DNA of 62,914 nucleotides from Bacteroidales bacterium (GTDB lineage: Bacteria > Bacteroidota > Bacteroidia > Bacteroidales > JAIPAH01): the NCBI GenBank assembly GCA_021738485.1, contig JAIPBX010000004.1, positions 1 through 62,914 on the forward strand, in the 5' to 3' direction. The notes beneath the pieces were generated by a model, which searched no databases, had not been told where the DNA came from, and worked only from the letters and a program-made list of their open reading frames with translations. Made by a program: the position numbers and the translations under genes. Shown here piece after piece: positions 58,481 through 62,914 of this stretch. Numbering within the stretch: position 1 is the first letter of the stretch; each line of letters starts with the position of its first letter.

Positions 58481-61400
58481 ATGAATAAACCGTCGTTTTT
58501 AACAGCAGGAATCGGCCTTATTGTCGTACTAATGGTGAATAGTGTTGCCGCCCAAATTCAAATCAATGAGGTAAGTGCGCGAAATTATGAGGTTTATGAG
58601 GATGAATTCGGAAAATACGAGGACTGGATTGAAATGCATAATACTACCGACAGTATAGTTAACCTGGATGGATGGACAATTTCAGATCAGCAGGATGAAA
58701 AAAAGTTCACCTTTCCGGATTATAAAATGAATGCCGATGAACATCTGGTTATCCTGGCTTCAGACAGAAATCTGCGTCATGTAGTGGATCACTGGGAAAC
58801 CGCCGTAAATGCATATAACGACTGGAAGTATCTGCCTACGGTGGACTCTGTCCCACCGGGATGGATGAATCCCGATTATGTTGATTCCACCTGGCAGACA
58901 GGTTCCGGCGGATTCGGACGGGGTGACGGCGATGATAATACTGTATTGCCTGATTCTATTACCAAGGTATTTATACGGAAAAACTTTACTGTCAGCGACA
59001 CTTCGGCTATAGACGGAGCTTTCCTGCATGTGGACTATGATGATGCTTTTGTCGCCTACCTTAATGGGCAGGAACTGGCGCGGAATAATGTAGGCTGCCC
59101 CGGCGTCCCCATAGTAGGATATGATATTGCCGGGACGGTCCACGAAGCACAAATGTTTCAGGGAGGAGACCCCGAAGGTTTTCGCATAAAACAGGAAGAG
59201 CTGCTGCAAAAGTTAAATCCCGGCACGAATACACTTGCTATTACCGGCGTCAACGCATGGAATAATCACGGCAATTTCTCGCTGATACCTTTTCTTTCCC
59301 TCGCGATAAGAGATACCAGCCAATTTTTCCAACCCACACCGGACTGGTTCTCGGTGGCTCCTTACCATTTCCATACGAATTTTAAACTATCAGGGGAAGG
59401 GGAAGCCGTTTTTTTGTGGAACGAGGAAGGACATTTAACTGACTCACTGGATTATACAGATATCGTACAAACCGGACATTCTCTGGGACGCAGCAATAAC
59501 ATTCCTAACTCAATTCACTATTTCGATTCTCCTACACCGGGCGCTCCAAACCCAGCCGGAAAAAAGAATTACACTACTAAACCATATATCACCGTCGAAT
59601 CAGGTTTTTATGAAGAGCCTGTCGAAGTGCGGGTAATGAGCAACATGTTTGAGTCAACCGTACGCTATACCCTTGATGGTAGTCCTCCGACAAACGAATC
59701 TCCTGTCTATGAAGGGCCTTTAACCTTTGACTCAACGGTAGTGTTGCGGGCAAGGGCTTATGTTGAAGGCTACCTCGCGGGAGAAATCGCTACACGCACT
59801 TATCTTATCGGGGAAGATGTGGACTTGCCGGTGTTTTCCGTAAGTATGGACCCTCATCTGCTATGGGACGAGGAAGAGGGCATGTACGTGAAAGGAGATG
59901 ATGCAGAGCCTACGTTCCCTTATTATGGAGCAAATTTTTGGAATGATTGGGAGAGACCGGCCCATGTGGAATATTTTAACGATGAGCACGATAAAGTCAT
60001 GGGTCAGAAAGTGGGAATAAAAATCCACGGAAGTGTTTCCAGGGCTTATGACATGAAAAGCCTGCGGCTTAATGCCAGGGGCATTTACGGCCATTCAAGG
60101 ATGAAGTACAAATTTTTCCCCGGAAAAGAGGACCAAACCTACAAAAAGCTTATTCTGAGAAACTCCGGGCAGGACTTTAACAAAAGCCATTTCAGGGACG
60201 GGCTGATGAACAAAATGGTTCAAAACAAAACCCATATTGACAATATGGCCTACAAGCCCACTGTGGTGTTTTTAAACGGCCAGTACTGGGGCATACACAA
60301 TATGAGAGAGAAAATCGGGAAATGGTATGTGGGCGACAACCATCCGGAAGCAGACATTGAAAACCTGGACATGCTCTTTGATAATTTTAATGTGATCGAA
60401 GGGGATATTATTCATTACTGGCACATGATCGACTTCCTGGATCATACCATGATTTTCGATGAGCAGGCTTATGATTCGCTGCAACAGCTCCTGGATATTA
60501 AAAACTACACCGATTATTTTGCCTCGGAGATATACTACAGCAACCTTGACTGGCCCAACAACAACATAAAATACTGGCGTCCGAAAAGAGAAGCGGGGCG
60601 CTGGCGCTACATTATGTTCGACCTGGACCCGGGGATGGGCATGAATACCTCACCTTCCTTCAACATGCTGGACCGGGTGCTTCATGATAACTTCCCCTAT
60701 ACTGACAACCCAGATATTTTAAGAAAAATGTTACAGTATGAGGACTATGAGCATGATTTCATTAACCGCTTTGCCGATTTGCTGAACACCATTTTTAAAC
60801 CCGAAAATGTACAGCAAAGCATCGACAGCGTAGTGGCCTCCATAGAAGATGAAATGCCGCGCCATATGGAGAAATGGGATGGCAGCTTGTCAGTCTGGGA
60901 AAATAATATAAACTCTATAACAAACTTCGCGGACAACAGGGCGGAATTCCAGCGTCAGCATCTTATGCAGGAGTTTGACCTTAACGGGGAAATCACCCTT
61001 ACGGCTGAGGTGAAGCCCCAAGGCAGCGGCAAAGTAAGGATTTCTACCATAACCGCCTCAGAATATCCATGGTCAGGGATCTATTTCGATGGTTGTCCCG
61101 TACCTATCAAAGCCGAAGGGAAAGAAGGCTATATGTTCTCCCACTGGGAGCGCAACGACTTTATTACAGATACACTCACCAATGCCCATGAAATTGCTTT
61201 TGACACCTCGGCAACAGTGGTAGCCCATTTTGTTGAGGATACCACTTCCGGACCTGAGCGAAAAATCACGATAAGTGAAATCAATTACCGCTCGGCTGAT
61301 TCCCTGGATGCAGGGGATTGGGTAGAGCTGCACAATTATGGCAGCGATACTGTAAACCTCAGCAACTGGTTGTTGAAAAATGGCGAGGAGAGCCATGTCT

Positions 61401-62026
61401 ATGCCATACCTTTTGGCACCAAGCTCGCCCCCGAAGGCTATTTGGTGATTTCCAACAACCTGGATAAATTTCATTCGATTTACCCGGACGTTAACAACGT
61501 GATTGGCTCGTTTGATTTTGGATATGATAGTGATGGCGAAGCTATCAGGCTGTTTGATGCCAGCGAGGAGAAGTACCTTGACATGACCTACGATGATGAA
61601 GCTCCCTGGCCGGAAAATGTGTCCGGTACGGGGCGTACGCTGGAGTTATCGTCGCCCGGTGCTGACCTTAATGACGGCAGCAACTGGTTTGCCGGCTGCA
61701 TCGGAGGTTCGCCGGGAGGTCCCTACGAAGAGTGTGAGAAAGAACCCGGAGCCGTGGCAGCTCTGGAGGAGGAGCCTGAGCGGTCAGGATACAAGGTATA
61801 TCCTAATCCGGCCACAGAACGCCTGAATATTTTCGTTCCCATGAATCATTCCCGGTCACAATGCAGGCTCTTCGACCTTTATGGAAGAAAAATAAAGGAA
61901 AAGCAACGCCTGAATCCCGGAAATAACACCGTGGCGATTACCGGCCTCAAACCCGGTGTTTACATCCTGCAGGTCTTTTCGGATAAAGAAAAAGAAAAAG
62001 TGCAAAAGAAGGTGTTGGTGAAGTAA
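58481..62026 (+). CDS. CotH-kinase-family secreted protein with lamin-tail domains and T9SS C-terminal domain
   Basis: Signal peptide; INEV...DWIEM and ISEINY...DWVEL lamin-tail domains; RYTLDGS.P; CotH motifs NGQYWGIHNMRE, DWPNNN, WRYIMFDLD; CTD VYPNPA...GVYIL...KVLVK. Confidence 0.87.
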   Translation: MNKPSFLTAGIGLIVVLMVNSVAAQIQINEVSARNYEVYEDEFGKYEDWIEMHNTTDSIVNLDGWTISDQQDEKKFTFPDYKMNADEHLVILASDRNLRHVVDHWETAVNAYNDWKYLPTVDSVPPGWMNPDYVDSTWQTGSGGFGRGDGDDNTVLPDSITKVFIRKNFTVSDTSAIDGAFLHVDYDDAFVAYLNGQELARNNVGCPGVPIVGYDIAGTVHEAQMFQGGDPEGFRIKQEELLQKLNPGTNTLAITGVNAWNNHGNFSLIPFLSLAIRDTSQFFQPTPDWFSVAPYHFHTNFKLSGEGEAVFLWNEEGHLTDSLDYTDIVQTGHSLGRSNNIPNSIHYFDSPTPGAPNPAGKKNYTTKPYITVESGFYEEPVEVRVMSNMFESTVRYTLDGSPPTNESPVYEGPLTFDSTVVLRARAYVEGYLAGEIATRTYLIGEDVDLPVFSVSMDPHLLWDEEEGMYVKGDDAEPTFPYYGANFWNDWERPAHVEYFNDEHDKVMGQKVGIKIHGSVSRAYDMKSLRLNARGIYGHSRMKYKFFPGKEDQTYKKLILRNSGQDFNKSHFRDGLMNKMVQNKTHIDNMAYKPTVVFLNGQYWGIHNMREKIGKWYVGDNHPEADIENLDMLFDNFNVIEGDIIHYWHMIDFLDHTMIFDEQAYDSLQQLLDIKNYTDYFASEIYYSNLDWPNNNIKYWRPKREAGRWRYIMFDLDPGMGMNTSPSFNMLDRVLHDNFPYTDNPDILRKMLQYEDYEHDFINRFADLLNTIFKPENVQQSIDSVVASIEDEMPRHMEKWDGSLSVWENNINSITNFADNRAEFQRQHLMQEFDLNGEITLTAEVKPQGSGKVRISTITASEYPWSGIYFDGCPVPIKAEGKEGYMFSHWERNDFITDTLTNAHEIAFDTSATVVAHFVEDTTSGPERKITISEINYRSADSLDAGDWVELHNYGSDTVNLSNWLLKNGEESHVYAIPFGTKLAPEGYLVISNNLDKFHSIYPDVNNVIGSFDFGYDSDGEAIRLFDASEEKYLDMTYDDEAPWPENVSGTGRTLELSSPGADLNDGSNWFAGCIGGSPGGPYEECEKEPGAVAALEEEPERSGYKVYPNPATERLNIFVPMNHSRSQCRLFDLYGRKIKEKQRLNPGNNTVAITGLKPGVYILQVFSDKEKEKVQKKVLVK

Positions 62027-62057
62027 GGTGTATATAACATCCAGGAATTGTAGCGAT

Positions 62058-62143
62058 GTTGGTCAAAGCGAAGACGCTTTGACTAACCTCTCTAACGTTG
62101 ATTGTACAGCCTAATCGTTAGGCGAAGCGTCTTCGCTTCGCCT
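62058..62143. repeat. Inverted pair of REP-like palindromes
   Basis: GTTGGTCAAAGCG-AAGA-CGCTTTGACTAAC (62058-62087) and AGGCGAAGCG-TCTT-CGCTTCGCCT (62120-62143); the loops are reverse complements. Confidence 0.65.
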
Positions 62144-62160
62144 TCTTTCATTCTTTAAGT

Positions 62161-62400
62161 TTACCCGATTTTTACAAGCGGGCCTCTGGCTTCTGTAAAA
62201 AGATTTTTCGAAATTCCTTCTTCCAATTAAAGTGGCCGGTATTTGATTAATTTCCAAAACTCTAACTCCTGACCCGTTTCTTATGATTCAAGCATTTGAG
62301 CTTAGAACATCGTAAAATATCATGTCGCATTATGGTCGTAGATAGATTTTTGGGTAAGTTCTTAAAATCAAATTCTTAGTTTTCTATGAGATTCAATAAT
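62161..62400 (-). pseudogene. Possible decayed four-helix-bundle (23S-IVP-like) gene fragment
   Basis: Broken frames give KNLPKNLSTTIMRHDILRCS and ETGQELEFWKLIKY..*LEEGISKNLFTEA, which weakly resemble that family; stops and frameshifts present. Confidence 0.2.
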
Positions 62401-62474
62401 GATTTTTTACTGTCCTCCCGATGAAAAATGAGACATTATGTTTTACGCCGAATATGGAGTTCTGAATATGAGAA

Positions 62475-62914
62475 TTTTACACCCAAATGAATTTGGGTGC
62501 TATGCTCATGGAAGATCAAATTTCGCAGAAATGCCGGGTGTTGGATAGGCTATCCAATACAGCTATTGTGGTTAGAGGGATATTTTCCACCAAATGAATT
62601 TGGGGTTAATCTCATGGAAGGTTTAACCACCTATACCTCATTTCCAAATGAGATTAGCTCCCCCGCCCGTATCGAATGTCGGCACGTTCGGGCGGGCGGA
62701 TTTATCCAGGTGGCAAATATTCCCCAAGAAATCTTCCCCTAGCCCGCTTTAGCGGGCTTCAAAGAACGTGGCAACAAATAAAATGGGGCATATCTGATCA
62801 TCGGGCATCTTACCACCCGATTTTTCGCCGCATGAAAGGTTCCGGATGGTAGGAGCGCCTTTAGCTGCGGCGAAGAAGAATAGGAGACCGATTTTTTACA
62901 CCCAAATGAATTTG
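62475..62914. repeat. Three copies of a CCAAATGAATTTGG palindromic repeat with interspersed GC hairpins
   Basis: Copies at about 62480-62499, 62587-62605 and 62899-62914 (cut by the edge); the first two are followed by CTCATGGAAG. Extra hairpins at 62662-62696 and 62741-62758. Confidence 0.65.

Noticed and set aside
62497-62742. 81-aa ORF at the right end
   Set aside because: It runs through palindromic repeats and has no protein-like motif; probably spurious.
62475-62914. CRISPR array
   Set aside because: Only three short degenerate repeats with very uneven spacing, and no cas genes.

Overview
A 62.9-kb chromosomal window from an anaerobic Bacteroidales-type bacterium, judged from TAnnTTTG promoter boxes, TonB receptors, gldF/gldG, a T9SS-type C-terminal domain and PFOR. 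Most of it is housekeeping: mutS, a trmH-family methylase, folK, sppA, nifJ, gdhA, gldFG, phoH, purC, cinA, rpmB. I found no rRNA, tRNA, CRISPR array, intact transposase, integrase or reverse transcriptase. Three loci stand out. (1) At 32.1-45.5 kb, a redox/nitrogen module combines a HydABC-like NuoE/NuoF/GltD-NuoG complex (candidate Nfn-Bfu bifurcating transhydrogenase), a sensor-like PPDK ATP-grasp protein with receiver domains but no pyruvate-binding barrel, a divergent LuxR regulator whose phospho-Asp is replaced by Asn, a Ser1 proteasome-beta-like Ntn protein, and gdhA. (2) At 1-10.6 kb, a lipid-flavoured locus has KAS III, ACP, tandem B12-radical SAM paralogues, an acyl-CoA ligase and a TMTC-like glycosyltransferase. 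(3) The right end is a mosaic of REP-like palindromes. All calls come from motif reading by eye; no database search was run, and several starts were moved downstream of the ORF-track start.
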